Source of the DNA: an uncultured Gemmatimonadales bacterium
GTDB taxonomy: Bacteria > Gemmatimonadota > Gemmatimonadetes > Gemmatimonadales > GWC2-71-9
Length of the DNA stretch: 64,000 bases
Assembly: GCA_963828735.1 (NCBI GenBank)
Contig: CAWHFW010000005.1
Span: 960,001 to 1,024,000, forward strand
Reading direction: 5' to 3'
Below, in pieces: positions 29,563-40,825 of this stretch (its first letter is position 1; every line of letters begins with the position of its first letter). Below the pieces are notes generated by a model that had not been told where the DNA came from, ran no database searches, and was given only the letters and a program-made list of their open reading frames with translations. Both the position numbers and the translations under genes were made by a program.

Positions 29563-29786
29563 GGCGCAAAGCTACCCGCTTGTGAAATTTGTCGCAAGCT
29601 CGGAAAGAGGCCGGAATTCGCCGCTGCCACCGCTTGCGGGAAGGCCAATATTGCACCGGGGTACCGCGACCGCGACCCTCCTCGGCCCTTTCCTTTTATG
29701 GAGGAGAGAAGCGAAACGATTCTGCCTTGGCTGGCGTCCATCCAATGAGCCGGGTAATCTCCACCAAGCCCTCACTCTGGATCCTG

Positions 29787-30812
<1,026 letters not shown>

Positions 30813-30846
30813 GACCGGGGACCTGGCGGCTCGTCTCCCGGAATGA

Positions 30847-30876
30847 CGAAGGCCCGGCCGATTGGCCGGGCCTTCG
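30847..30876. terminator. Hairpin between convergent genes
   Basis: cgaaggcccggcc-gatt-ggccgggccttcg. Confidence 0.7.
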
Positions 30877-30897
30877 CGTACCTGGATTCGACCTCGA

Positions 30898-31959
30898 TCA
30901 GTTGATCGGCGTCACCAGGTCGTAGAAGACGTCCGCCGACCCCTGATAGAACCCGATGATGTTCTGGAGCGTCTGCTCCTCTTCGGGCGTCAGCGCCTGG
31001 CCGTCGGCGCCGGTGATGACCGGATCGCCGTCGGTCATGTTCACCATGGCGAACACGTCGCCATTCACTTTGACCGTCAGCGTCCCGCCGCTCACGCCGA
31101 AGCTCCCGATCAGGCGGACGTTGCCGTTCGGGCCGCTGATGACGAGATCGAGCGTGATCGTCGTCTCGGTGCTCGAGATGTTGGAGGATGTCGCGGTCCA
31201 GTCGAGCGAGAGGTGCCGAGACGGCACGTCGATATGGTAGTCGAGCGAGATCACCAGCTGCCCGTTGTTGTCGGTGATCGTGTTGTTCAGCTCGAAGTTG
31301 GCAATCGTTCCGCCGTTTGAGGCGAATCCGTCGATGAGGATGACGCCGCCCGTCGCAGTCGCGTGGCCGGACACGTTGTACTCCAGATACACCACGCCGC
31401 CCTCGACGACCTTGATGCCCACGTCGACGTTGCTGGCGGTGCTGTGGTCGGTGAGGTCGACGTAGCCCACCTCGACCAGTGGCTCGACCGGCTGGAGGAG
31501 CACCGGGTCGACCGCGTAGAGCTTGAACCGCACGCCCGAGCTGGGCGCGCCGGAGAGGTCCGAGACGACGTAGGCGTCGGAGCTCACATCCCACACGAAG
31601 GTCTTGCCGGCCAGGTTGGACGGAACCGTAGCAACCATCGCCTGGAGCGCGCCGCGTTGCGGCACGAGGGCGGCGAGCTCGCGGGCGTAGCGGCCGGCGC
31701 CGCCGGTCGCGCCGCGGACCGCGAGCGCCGAGCTCCTCACGACGGTCGACCCGTTCAGCGCAGCCGAGATGTCGCCGCCCAGCATCGCGAAGCTCGACAT
31801 CTGCTCCGTCGAGAAAGCCGCCTCGGCGGCCGACATGTCATCGGTCGTGCCCTGCGGGTCGAATTCGGCAGGGGCGCCGGAGTCCTTGGCGCATCCGGCG
31901 AGCGCCAGGGCGAGAACGGCAGCCACGACCGACCGCCTTGCGATATGCGTGACACGCAT
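30898..31959 (-). CDS. Hypothetical beta-rich lipoprotein
   Basis: Lipobox LAGC; GGAGG RBS. Confidence 0.8.
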   Translation of the reverse strand: MRVTHIARRSVVAAVLALALAGCAKDSGAPAEFDPQGTTDDMSAAEAAFSTEQMSSFAMLGGDISAALNGSTVVRSSALAVRGATGGAGRYARELAALVPQRGALQAMVATVPSNLAGKTFVWDVSSDAYVVSDLSGAPSSGVRFKLYAVDPVLLQPVEPLVEVGYVDLTDHSTASNVDVGIKVVEGGVVYLEYNVSGHATATGGVILIDGFASNGGTIANFELNNTITDNNGQLVISLDYHIDVPSRHLSLDWTATSSNISSTETTITLDLVISGPNGNVRLIGSFGVSGGTLTVKVNGDVFAMVNMTDGDPVITGADGQALTPEEEQTLQNIIGFYQGSADVFYDLVTPIN

Positions 31960-32176
31960 GGGTATCCGCCTCCGTAGGGAGTTCCGAAACTGGTTTTGAA
32001 GCCGTTGGTGCGCTTGGTGTTAACAGCGAACGTCGAATCCTGCAGTGGCCGGCGAGGCGCCGACGGCGGGGAATTGGGCAACCCCCATGCCCGCCACCCG
32101 ACTCGCACGGAGCGCGACCGGTTCGGCATGTTTGGAGTGTTCGGCTGACGGATACTCTGCCAACCACGGTGAAGGA

Positions 32177-32404
32177 ATGATCGGGGTCATCATGGAGGGT
32201 GCGCTGTTCGTCGCGCTGATCGCGACGGTGGCCGCCCTCCTTTTCTATGCCCTGGTGCGATGGACGCTGCTCGGCCTGCGACCAGGGGCTTCGCAGCTGG
32301 CGCGGGACACTCTGTCATCCCCGGGCGCGTCACAGACCGCGCCCGTCGCGGGCTCCATCATGGCAAGGTGCTGTTCCCGCTTTCGCGAAGGAGTTCAGCC
32401 ATGA
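32177..32404 (+). CDS. Small membrane protein, possibly a truncated remnant
   Basis: One TM helix, then a low-complexity tail. Confidence 0.35.
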   Translation: MIGVIMEGALFVALIATVAALLFYALVRWTLLGLRPGASQLARDTLSSPGASQTAPVAGSIMARCCSRFREGVQP

Positions 32405-33171
32405 TCCGCCCCGCGTCTCTCATCGCTACCGCCCTGATCCTCACTCTCCAGGCGTGCGACGCTCGCGCCCCCACGGGCCCCACGACTTCCCTGCCCGGGG
32501 CCACGCCGGTCGATCCCTCCGCCGCGACGGCCGACGTCCGGACGAGCATCAACCCACCGTTCGATCCGTCGAACTTCGTGGCCGCGATCACCAATCCCTA
32601 CCTGCCGATGACTCCGGGCACGCTGTTCCACTACCGGAGCGAGACGCCCGACGGCGTGGAGATCAACCTGGTCCGCGTCACCCGCCAGACGAAGCAGATC
32701 CTCGGCGTGACGGTGACGGTCATCCACGACCAGGTGTTCCTCGACGGGGACCTGACCGAGGACACCTTCGACTGGGAGGCGCAGGATCGGCAGGGGAACG
32801 TCTGGTACTTCGGTGAAGACTCGAAGGAGCTCGAGAACGGCCAGGTGGTGAGCACCGAGGGATCGTGGGAGGCGGGCAAGCAGGGGGCGCATGCGGGTGT
32901 CATCATGTTCGCGCACCCGCAGCTGGGCAAAGCCTACGTGCAGGAGGACGCTCCCGACGTCGCGGAGGACCGGGCCAAGGCCCTGAGCCTCAAGGCCAAG
33001 GTGGACGTCCCGTTCGGCCACTTCCAGAACTGCCTGCACACCCAGGAGTGGACGCTCCTGGAGCACGACCGCGAGCACAAGTTCTATTGTCCGGGCGTCG
33101 GGCTGGTGGAGGAGAGGCATCCGGCCGGCGGGAACATCACCAACGAGCTTGTGGCGATCACGCACTTCTGA
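32401..33171 (+). CDS. Hypothetical lipoprotein
   Basis: Lipobox LQAC; NPYLPM.PG, GNVWYFGE; GGAG RBS. Confidence 0.8.
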   Translation: MIRPASLIATALILTLQACDARAPTGPTTSLPGATPVDPSAATADVRTSINPPFDPSNFVAAITNPYLPMTPGTLFHYRSETPDGVEINLVRVTRQTKQILGVTVTVIHDQVFLDGDLTEDTFDWEAQDRQGNVWYFGEDSKELENGQVVSTEGSWEAGKQGAHAGVIMFAHPQLGKAYVQEDAPDVAEDRAKALSLKAKVDVPFGHFQNCLHTQEWTLLEHDREHKFYCPGVGLVEERHPAGGNITNELVAITHF

Positions 33172-33192
33172 GCGCGGCACATGGTGGCGCTC

Positions 33193-33290
33193 TCACCCCG
33201 AAAGAAGCGAGGGGTCCTGCTTGCTGGTCCGGAACCGTTCCGTCGTTCCGATGCCTGCCGGCAAGATCCCTCGCTTCGCCCGGGATGACA
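33193..33290. repeat. REP/REPIN-like inverted pair
   Basis: tcaccccgaaagaagcgaggggtcct ... agatccctcgcttcgcccgggatgaca, between convergent genes. Confidence 0.65.
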
Positions 33291-33297
33291 CGACAGC

Positions 33298-34976
33298 TCA
33301 CCCCTCTCCCTTCGGCTCGACCGGAAGCCCAGCCTCCTTCCACGCCACCCATCCCCCGATCAACGCTCTCGCCTTCTTCCATCCCGCTCGACGAAGCTCT
33401 CGCGCCACCCGGGCGCTTGTGGCCTCGTCCTTTCACATGCAGTAGAGGACGAGGGTGGCGTTGGGGTCGAGTCGTCGTTCTCGCGCCAGGCGAACCGCGT
33501 CGTCCGGTGGAAAGCGGAGCGCCCCGACGCCGATGCCCGGCTCGTCGCGGTAGCTCCGCTCGGTGCGGACGTCGAGCACGACGATCGGCTCACCCGAACG
33601 GTGGAGGTCGCGGAACTCCTGGATCGAGATCTTCTCCGGCACCGGCGCGGCGTCGGCCGGGCGCGTGGGCGCCGGTGCCGGGCGCGAGGGCGTCACATGC
33701 GTCTGCGTGTCCGCGAGCGACGGGCGCGTGGCCACCGTGGCCGGGACCTCGGACTCACCCCCGGACGGTGGCGCACCCGTCCCCGCGCCCCCGTGGCGCA
33801 GGAGATAGAGCGCGATCCCGCCGCCGTGGATGACGACCGAGAAGAGCACCACCAGGCAGGTGATGGTGAAGAGCTGCTCGGCCCCGGGCACGCCCGCGAA
33901 CACGGGCAACAGCACCAGCAGCAGCGAGCTCAGCCCGCGCGGCCCGAACGTGGCGATGAGGCGGCGGCTCCGGTCGTCTACACCCGACCGGCGAAGCACC
34001 GGGAGGAGCACCAGGGTACGCATCGAGAGGGCCACTGCCGCGAACACGAGCATGCGCCAGTCGCCCGCGAGGGAGAGGCCAGTCCAGATGAGCCCGGTTC
34101 CAAAGGCGACGAACGCGAACAGCAGGAACATCTCCGCTGACGCCTCGCCGTAGTCGGTGAAGCAGTCGCACAGCTCGACGTCGATCGCCGCGATGACGAG
34201 CCCCGCCGCGAACGCCGCCAGGAACCCGCTGCCGCCCACCGCCTCGGCGGCCGCGTACGCCGTGAACGCGACGCCCAGCGCGTAAAGCGATTCGTAGTCC
34301 CGCCGCACGCCCACCTTCTTGCGGACGGTGTCGAGCAGCGTGATGGCCACCCAGCCGGAGAACACGCCGAGCATCGGGCCGAGGAGGAAGAGGCCGACCG
34401 CGTGCCTTCCGATCTCCCACGCGGGCGCCGCGATCCCGGCCCGAAGCAAGAGCATGCACAGCACCACGATCGGGAGCAGGATCGACGTCGTTCATCCCGC
34501 TCTCGAGCCGGAGCGCGAGCTTGGCCGAGGGCAGCACCGCGGGGTGGCGCATGAGGGTCCGCAGCAGGACCGGATCGGTCGAGGCGAGCGCCGCGCCGAG
34601 GAGGGCCGCGGCGGGCCAGCTCAGGTCGAGCAGCAGCCGCGCGAGCGAGCGTGATGAGCGCCGCGGGGAGGAGGGTTCCGGGCCCGAGGATGAGCGCCGC
34701 GAGTTTCCGCTGTTGGCGCACCTGGCCGATGTCCACGCCGATGGCGTCGGTGAACAGCACCAGCACCAGCGCCAGCGTCGCGATGACCTGGAGCATCGGG
34801 GAATCGAGCGTCAGCTCGACCACGCCGAAGCCGGCCGGGCCGAGCGCCGCGCCGACAAGCAGGAAGATCGCGACGAGCGGCAGCCCGGTCCGCTCCACGG
34901 CGCCCGAGAGCAGGGACGAGATGATGATGACGATCCCGACCAGGGCCAGGAGCGCGGTGAAGCCCTCGTGAGTCAT
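33298..34976 (-). CDS. CPA1 (NhaP-like) cation/H+ antiporter fused to a rhodanese domain; in-frame TGA at 33433-33435 (candidate selenocysteine); two 1-nt frameshifts near 34643 and 34483
   Basis: LVLFTDA, ASTDPV, ESGMND, GPRGL across three frames; VVLDVR..LVLYCM-TGA-KDEATSARVA..GGWVAWKEAGLPVE. Confidence 0.8.
33390..33429 (-). other. Candidate bacterial SECIS element
   Basis: Begins 3 nt after UGA: GACGAGGC/GCUUCGUC lower stem, GCGCC/GGCGC upper stem, CGGGU loop. Confidence 0.6.
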
Positions 34977-34977
34977 G

Positions 34978-34990
34978 GGGACAAGTATAC
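34978..34990 (+). repeat. 13-bp direct repeat, copy 1 (contains the -10 TATACT of the minus-strand antiporter)
   Basis: gggacaagtatac, identical to 36591-36603. Confidence 0.7.
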
Positions 34991-35132
34991 CAGGCGGAGG
35001 TTAGCTCGTGTCCTCAGAGAGGCCCTCGTTCACGAAGATGGGCCCAATTCTACTTTGCAGAATTGCGGCTTCTTTCTCCATGAACGCGCTGCCGCGAAGG
35101 AGGTACGCGGAGCCCGATGAGCTCCGGATGCG

Positions 35133-36035
35133 TCAGGGCAGTCCGATGACGCTGCCCACGCCGGCGTAGGTGTACTGTTCCTTCCAGGTCTTCTTGAATC
35201 TGTAGAACGCCGGCTCCCCAGTGCAGTGGCCCGGTGCTACGCGGTCCACCTTGTAGGTGTCGTGGAGGGCGGTCGCGATGCGCGCGATAACCTCGTCCGG
35301 AGCCGCCGGCAGATGGAATCCGCCAACTACCATGTGCACGTGCCGGTCAATGGCGGTTGACGCCTCCACGATCTTCTCGATTCCCGGATGCGAGCACCCA
35401 ACCACCACGACCATCCCTTGTGGCGTCTCCAGGGCCAGTGACAGTTCGCGCAATTCCTTGGTACCAACCGCGTCGGAGACGAGCGAGATGATGTGCACGC
35501 CAGGGGCCACTTCGAGCGTCGAATCGACCGTCACGAATGTACCCTTGGGCCAGGCCGTACCGAATGCGAGAGTGTCCGCGGGATGGCCGTCGTAATATCG
35601 CATCTCCTCGGGCAGCGAGTCTTGTTTCCGGTAGAACGTGCTTGGCAGCGCGCTGCCGAACACGCCGAATGCCTCCTTGGGCGCGTAGATTTTTACCGTC
35701 GGGTTGACGCTCAACAAATAGGTGAGACCCGCCGTGTGGTCGAGGTGGCGATGCGAGATGACGACGAAGTCCAGCTGCTTGAGGTCAACGCCTGCGGCCT
35801 TGACGTTCTGGGCAAAGATCGACGGGTTGTTGCCGGTGTCGAACAGGATGCGCTTCCCGCCGTGCTCGATGAGGGCGGAATACCCCCAGTCCTTTTTCAT
35901 TGTCGGAGACTTCCCAAACGCGTCGTACAGAATGGTGACGCGATTCACCGGGTCCGCCAGGCGCTCGTGCAAGGTGTACCCGCTAAGCAGCAGCACGAGC
36001 GCAAGCGCTGCCATGGAGCCGTGCCGGTAAGACAT
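35133..36035 (-). CDS. MBL-fold metallo-hydrolase, exported
   Basis: ILFDTG, SHRHLDH, GCSHPG, GGFH, GHCTG. Confidence 0.9.
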   Translation of the reverse strand: MSYRHGSMAALALVLLLSGYTLHERLADPVNRVTILYDAFGKSPTMKKDWGYSALIEHGGKRILFDTGNNPSIFAQNVKAAGVDLKQLDFVVISHRHLDHTAGLTYLLSVNPTVKIYAPKEAFGVFGSALPSTFYRKQDSLPEEMRYYDGHPADTLAFGTAWPKGTFVTVDSTLEVAPGVHIISLVSDAVGTKELRELSLALETPQGMVVVVGCSHPGIEKIVEASTAIDRHVHMVVGGFHLPAAPDEVIARIATALHDTYKVDRVAPGHCTGEPAFYRFKKTWKEQYTYAGVGSVIGLP

Positions 36036-36152
36036 TTTCGCCTCCCGTAGCCGATCTCACACACGCCGGATCCGGGAGGCGGTTGCCCCCTCCCGGGTCC
36101 ACCCGTAGGTTTTGTTTCTACACCTGGCAGCGCCTAGGCGCAGCGAGGCAAC

Positions 36153-36413
36153 ATGGACCCACTGTTTTTTCCCACCGCCGTCGTCACCATCCTCATCGCC
36201 GCCATGGGGATATGGGGCGCAGTCAAGATCGCGAAGATTATAGCCCACAGCCGCGTCGGCGGGGACCCTGACACCGCTGCCCATCTCCAAGCGTTGGATC
36301 AGGAGGTGGGGACACTCCGGCAGGAGATGGTCGAGACGCAGGAGCGGCTAGACTTTGCCGAACGGCTGCTGGGGGAGGGACCGAAAACGCGCCGAGTGGA
36401 ACCGCAGCGCTAG
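36153..36413 (+). CDS. Small single-TM coiled-coil protein
   Basis: TM helix plus ETQERLDFAERLL; GAGG RBS. Confidence 0.7.
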   Translation: MDPLFFPTAVVTILIAAMGIWGAVKIAKIIAHSRVGGDPDTAAHLQALDQEVGTLRQEMVETQERLDFAERLLGEGPKTRRVEPQR

Positions 36414-36590
36414 AATTGCGCGCACCAAAATCCCCACTTTCCAACCTGGATGCTGGTCACGCTTTGGAAGGCCATAGAGGCCCTCCGGCGTAGGTCCAGA
36501 ATCTCAATCCGAACCCCGTGAATCGATTTGGCGTAGCATGTTGAGCCGGTAGGAGATACGGGCTTTCCGAAGGTAACGCGCGGTCAGCTT

Positions 36591-36604
36591 GGGACAAGTA
36601 TACT
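36591..36604 (+). promoter_or_regulatory. Direct repeat copy 2 and leaderless -10 of the K+/H+ antiporter gene
   Basis: TATACT 6 nt before ATG, no RBS. Confidence 0.6.
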
Positions 36605-36610
36605 AGACCC

Positions 36611-38092
36611 ATGTCCACGAGCGAGCCGTTCGGCACCGCCCTGCTGCTGGCCACCGCCGGCGCCTTGATGACCGCGAGCGTCCTGTTCAGCCGGGCGTCA
36701 CAGCGGATCGGGGTGCCGATCGCACTGCTGTTCCTCGTGATCGGCATGCTGGCCGGGTCCGAGGGCATCGGCGGGATCGACTTCGACGATTACCGGTTCG
36801 CCTACCGGCTCGGCTCGGTGGCCCTGGCCCTGATCCTGTTCGACGGCGGCCTCAACACCCCGCTCGCGGCGCTCCGCCGCACTTGGGCGCCGGCCTCGGT
36901 GCTGGCGACGGTGGGCGTCGTGCTCACGGCACTGGCGATCGCGGTGCCGGCCCACGCCTGGGGTCTGGCGTGGCCGCAGGCGCTCGTGCTCGGCGGGGTC
37001 GTGTCCTCCACCGACGCCGCGTCGGTGTTCGCCGTGCTGCGCGGGAGCGGACTCCAGCTCAAGCGGCGGGTGGGCACCACCCTCGAGCTCGAGTCGGGAC
37101 TCAACGATCCGGTCGCCGTCATCCTCACGGTCACCCTCACCGCGAACCTGCTCCATCCCGTCGCGGCCGAGCCGGCGCGCGTCGCGGTCGAGGTCGTGCT
37201 GCAGCTCGTGGTGGGTGCGGCGCTCGGGATGGCGATCGGGCGCGGCGGGCGCGAGCTGCTGCGCCGGAATCCGCTCCCGAGCGGCGGACTCTACCCCGCG
37301 CTCACGCTCGCGCTCGCGCTCCTGGCCTATGGGGTCACGACGCTGCTCCACGGCAGCGGCTTCCTGGCGGTCTACCTCGCCGGCATGATCCTGGGCAACG
37401 CGCCCCTTCCCTATCACGCCGGGCTGCTGCGGGTGCACGATGCGCTCGCGTGGCTGGCGCAGATCGGCATGTTCCTCGTGCTCGGCCTGCTCGTGTTTCC
37501 GAGCGGGCTGCTCGAGGTGGCGGGTACCGGGCTGGGCCTGGCGCTGGTGCTCGCGATCGTGGTGCGGCCCGCGATCGTGGCCCTGTGCCTGGCGCCGTTC
37601 CGCTACCCATGGCGGGAGACGGTGTACATCGGCTGGGTCGGGCTGCGCGGCGCGGTGCCGATCGTGCTCGCCACCTATCCGGTGCTGGTCGGGGCCCCGG
37701 GCGCGGATCGGATCTTCCACGTCGTGTTCTTCATCGTCGTGGTGAACGCCCTGGTGCCGGGCGGCACGGTAGCGTGGGCGACGCGGAGGCTCGGCCTCCA
37801 GACCTCCCAGCCGCCGGCCGCGCAGGCGGTGCTGGCGATCGAGTCGCGCCTGCCGCTCGAGGGCGAGCTCCTGTCGTTCTACATCGACGAAGCGCTGGTG
37901 GTGGCGGGGATCCCGCTCGAGGAGCTGGACTTTCCGGATGGATCCTCGGTCATGCTGATCGTGCGCGGGAATCGGCTGGTGCCGCCCAAGGGCTCGACGA
38001 CGCTCGAGCCGGGGGACCACGTCTACCTGGTCACGCAGCCGGAGGACAAGCCGCTCATGCAGCTCATGTTCGGCCGGCCGGAGGAGGAGTAG
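36611..38092 (+). CDS. cvrA: K+/H+ antiporter NhaP2/CvrA with TrkA-C domain
   Basis: LFDGG, STDAA.VF, ESGLNDP, GLRGAVPI. Confidence 0.92.
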   Translation: MSTSEPFGTALLLATAGALMTASVLFSRASQRIGVPIALLFLVIGMLAGSEGIGGIDFDDYRFAYRLGSVALALILFDGGLNTPLAALRRTWAPASVLATVGVVLTALAIAVPAHAWGLAWPQALVLGGVVSSTDAASVFAVLRGSGLQLKRRVGTTLELESGLNDPVAVILTVTLTANLLHPVAAEPARVAVEVVLQLVVGAALGMAIGRGGRELLRRNPLPSGGLYPALTLALALLAYGVTTLLHGSGFLAVYLAGMILGNAPLPYHAGLLRVHDALAWLAQIGMFLVLGLLVFPSGLLEVAGTGLGLALVLAIVVRPAIVALCLAPFRYPWRETVYIGWVGLRGAVPIVLATYPVLVGAPGADRIFHVVFFIVVVNALVPGGTVAWATRRLGLQTSQPPAAQAVLAIESRLPLEGELLSFYIDEALVVAGIPLEELDFPDGSSVMLIVRGNRLVPPKGSTTLEPGDHVYLVTQPEDKPLMQLMFGRPEEE

Positions 38093-38214
38093 CGGGCTGG
38101 ACCGGAGCGAGGCCTGTGCCTCCCGTCACGGCCCGACGACCGTCCCTCGCGCTATTGCAGTGACGTCCCCCGGCCGGCGTCCGCCGCGCCGGGGGCATCA
38201 CGGGCGAGGTACCC

Positions 38215-38742
38215 ATGTCCATCGACTGGCACGAGCTGCTGGTCCCGTCCGTCAGCCTTGCGGAGCTCGTGCTCCGCGGCTCGGCGATGTACCTCTTCAT
38301 CCTCGCCGCGATGCGGCTGTTCCGCCGCGAGGCCGGCGCGCTCGGCACGGCCGATCTCCTCGTCATCGTGCTCGTGGCGGACGCCGCACAGAACGCGATG
38401 GCCGCCGAGTACCACTCGCTCACCGAGGGCGTGGTGCTGGTGGCAACGATCTACGGGTGGAACTACCTGCTCGACTGGCTGGCGTTCCGCTCGCCCGCGG
38501 TCTACCGGCTGCTCAACCAGGCGCCGCTGCCGCTCGTCCGGGACGGGCGGGTCCTCCGGAAGAACATGCGCTCGGAGATGCTCACGCTCGAGGACCTGAT
38601 GGAGCAGCTCCGCGAGCAGGGCGTGGAGCGGGTGGCCGACGTGAAGCGCTGCTTTCTCGAGTCCGACGGGCGGCTGAGCATCATCCGGCGGAAGGACGAC
38701 GACGGCGACCGGCCGCCCGACCGGGAGCGCGCCACCACCTGA
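38215..38742 (+). CDS. DUF421/YetF family membrane protein
   Basis: Three TM helices; LVRDG, LREQG, LESDGRLS. Confidence 0.9.
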   Translation: MSIDWHELLVPSVSLAELVLRGSAMYLFILAAMRLFRREAGALGTADLLVIVLVADAAQNAMAAEYHSLTEGVVLVATIYGWNYLLDWLAFRSPAVYRLLNQAPLPLVRDGRVLRKNMRSEMLTLEDLMEQLREQGVERVADVKRCFLESDGRLSIIRRKDDDGDRPPDRERATT

Positions 38743-38848
38743 GCGGCGCTTGCGGGGCCTCCGGCCCGCCCGCCGGACTGGTTCAGACGCCCGGACGATG
38801 CTAAAGTTTCTACTCCCTCCACCTCCTCATTCGGGTATGCTCGTGGGC

Positions 38849-40825
38849 ATGCTGCGATCCGACCGCTCAAGCGGACTCGCTCGACGCTTCCTCGCGACCG
38901 CGGCACTTTCGCCCGGCCGCGCGGCGCTCGGCCTTGTCCTGGCCACGCTCCTCGCGTGCGGTGGCGACAGCCTGACCGTGCCCGACCAGGGCACGCCCTC
39001 GGCGATCGCCATGGTGCGGGGCGACCGGCAGGACGGCGCGGCCGGCGAGCCGCTGGGCGATTCACTCGTGGTGCGGGTGACGGACCGCTTCGGCGACCCG
39101 GTCGGCGGCGTCGAGGTGGCCTGGACCCCGCAGTCGGGCGGGAGCGTGAGCCCGGCCACGAGCGCCACCTCCGCCGACGGCCGCGCCGCCACCCAGCGCA
39201 TGCTCGGCGAGGCGCTCGGCCCCTACGTCACTACCGCCGCCCTGCCCGCCTCCCAGAGCACGCCCCAGCCGGTGGTGTTCACCGCCACGGGCGTGGACAC
39301 GCGCCTCGTGCTCGCCGTGCCGCTGCCGGCGGTCGTGGCGGCCGGGGTCGTGCTCGACCCCCAGCCGGTGATCCAGCTCCGGGACCTCGAGGGCCACGAC
39401 GTGGCGCAGCAGGGGGTGACGGTCACCGCTCGGCTCGCCGACGGCGGCACGGTGTCCGGCGGTGCCACCGCCGCGAGCGACGCGACGGGCCGGGCGACGT
39501 TCGCCGACCTCGCGATCACCGGCTCGAACGGGAGCCACACCCTCATCTTCACCGCCGACGGCTTCGCCTCGGCCACGGCGACGGTGGCCCTCGGCATCGC
39601 GGCGCCGGGCTCGATGGAGGCCGCCGCGGGCGGCGACCAGTCGACGACGGTGGCGACGGCCGTGGCCGTGGCGCCCGCGGTGCTGGTGCGCGACCAGCAG
39701 GGCAATCCGCTCGCGGGCATTCCGGTGACGTTCGCGGTGACCGGCGGCGGCGGGTCGGTGAGCAAGGCCGTGCCGGTGACGGGCGCCGACGGCGTCGCGA
39801 CCCTGGGCGGGTGGACGCTCGGCCCGCAGGCCGGCGCCAACACGGTCGCGGCGACGATCTCGGGGCTCGAGGTGAGCGGCAGCCCGGTGACGTTCCAGGC
39901 CACCGGCATGCCGGCGGCGGTGGACGCCGCGAAGAGCAGCGTCAGTGCGGCGCCAACGGCCGTCTCCGCGTCGGGCGGGTCGAGCCCGAGCACGATCACG
40001 GTGACCGCGCGCGACGCGCTCGACAACCCGATCCCGGGGCTCGCGGTCACGCTCGCCGCGACCGGCGACGGCGCCGCGCTGACGCAGCCGGACGCGCCCA
40101 CCGGAAGCGACGGCACCGCCACCGGCGCCTTCAGCGCGACCACGCCGGGCGAGCATGTCGTCTCGGCGACGATCGCGGGCGTGCCGGTGACCCAGACCGC
40201 CACGGTGATGGTGTCCGCCGGCGCGCCGAGCGCGGGGCGGAGCCGCGCCACGGTGCCGGCGGGTACCGCGGGCGAGGGCACGACGATCGAGGTCCGGCTC
40301 AAGGACGGGCAGGGCAACGACGTGGCGGGGCAGGCCGGGGCGATCGCGGTGACGGTCTCGGGTGCCAACCCGGCGGGCGCGCTGGACGTGGCGGAGGACG
40401 GCGGCGGCCGCTACACGGCCACGTACACCCCGACCGTGACCGGGACCGACCATGTGGACGTGAAGGTGGCGGGCACCGCGGTCCAGGGCTCGCCGTTCTT
40501 GAGCGCGGTGGAGGCGGGGGCGGCGAACGCGGGCACGTCCATAGCGGTGGTGCCGGCCTGCGTCGAGCAGTTCCGGCTCCCCGCGCGGATCACCATCACG
40601 GCGTTCGACGCGTTCGGCAACCGGCTCAAGCGGGGCGGCGATGCATACCGGATCCAGGTGAACCAGGGTCCCCTGACCACGCCGGAGGACCAGAAGGACG
40701 GCACCTACACGGCGGCGCTCAACCTGCCGATTGGGGTGTTCCGGGTGGACATCACGCTCCAGGGCGCGGCGATCCAGGGGAATCCGTTCCAGATCATCGT
40801 GCCGTACCCGTTCTTCAACTGCTAG
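38849..40825 (+). CDS. Lipoprotein with tandem Ig-like (Big/invasin, filamin-like) domains
   Basis: LLAC lipobox; repeated V.V.D..GNP..G..V.F; G.YTA.Y, GSPF. Confidence 0.85.
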   Translation: MLRSDRSSGLARRFLATAALSPGRAALGLVLATLLACGGDSLTVPDQGTPSAIAMVRGDRQDGAAGEPLGDSLVVRVTDRFGDPVGGVEVAWTPQSGGSVSPATSATSADGRAATQRMLGEALGPYVTTAALPASQSTPQPVVFTATGVDTRLVLAVPLPAVVAAGVVLDPQPVIQLRDLEGHDVAQQGVTVTARLADGGTVSGGATAASDATGRATFADLAITGSNGSHTLIFTADGFASATATVALGIAAPGSMEAAAGGDQSTTVATAVAVAPAVLVRDQQGNPLAGIPVTFAVTGGGGSVSKAVPVTGADGVATLGGWTLGPQAGANTVAATISGLEVSGSPVTFQATGMPAAVDAAKSSVSAAPTAVSASGGSSPSTITVTARDALDNPIPGLAVTLAATGDGAALTQPDAPTGSDGTATGAFSATTPGEHVVSATIAGVPVTQTATVMVSAGAPSAGRSRATVPAGTAGEGTTIEVRLKDGQGNDVAGQAGAIAVTVSGANPAGALDVAEDGGGRYTATYTPTVTGTDHVDVKVAGTAVQGSPFLSAVEAGAANAGTSIAVVPACVEQFRLPARITITAFDAFGNRLKRGGDAYRIQVNQGPLTTPEDQKDGTYTAALNLPIGVFRVDITLQGAAIQGNPFQIIVPYPFFNC

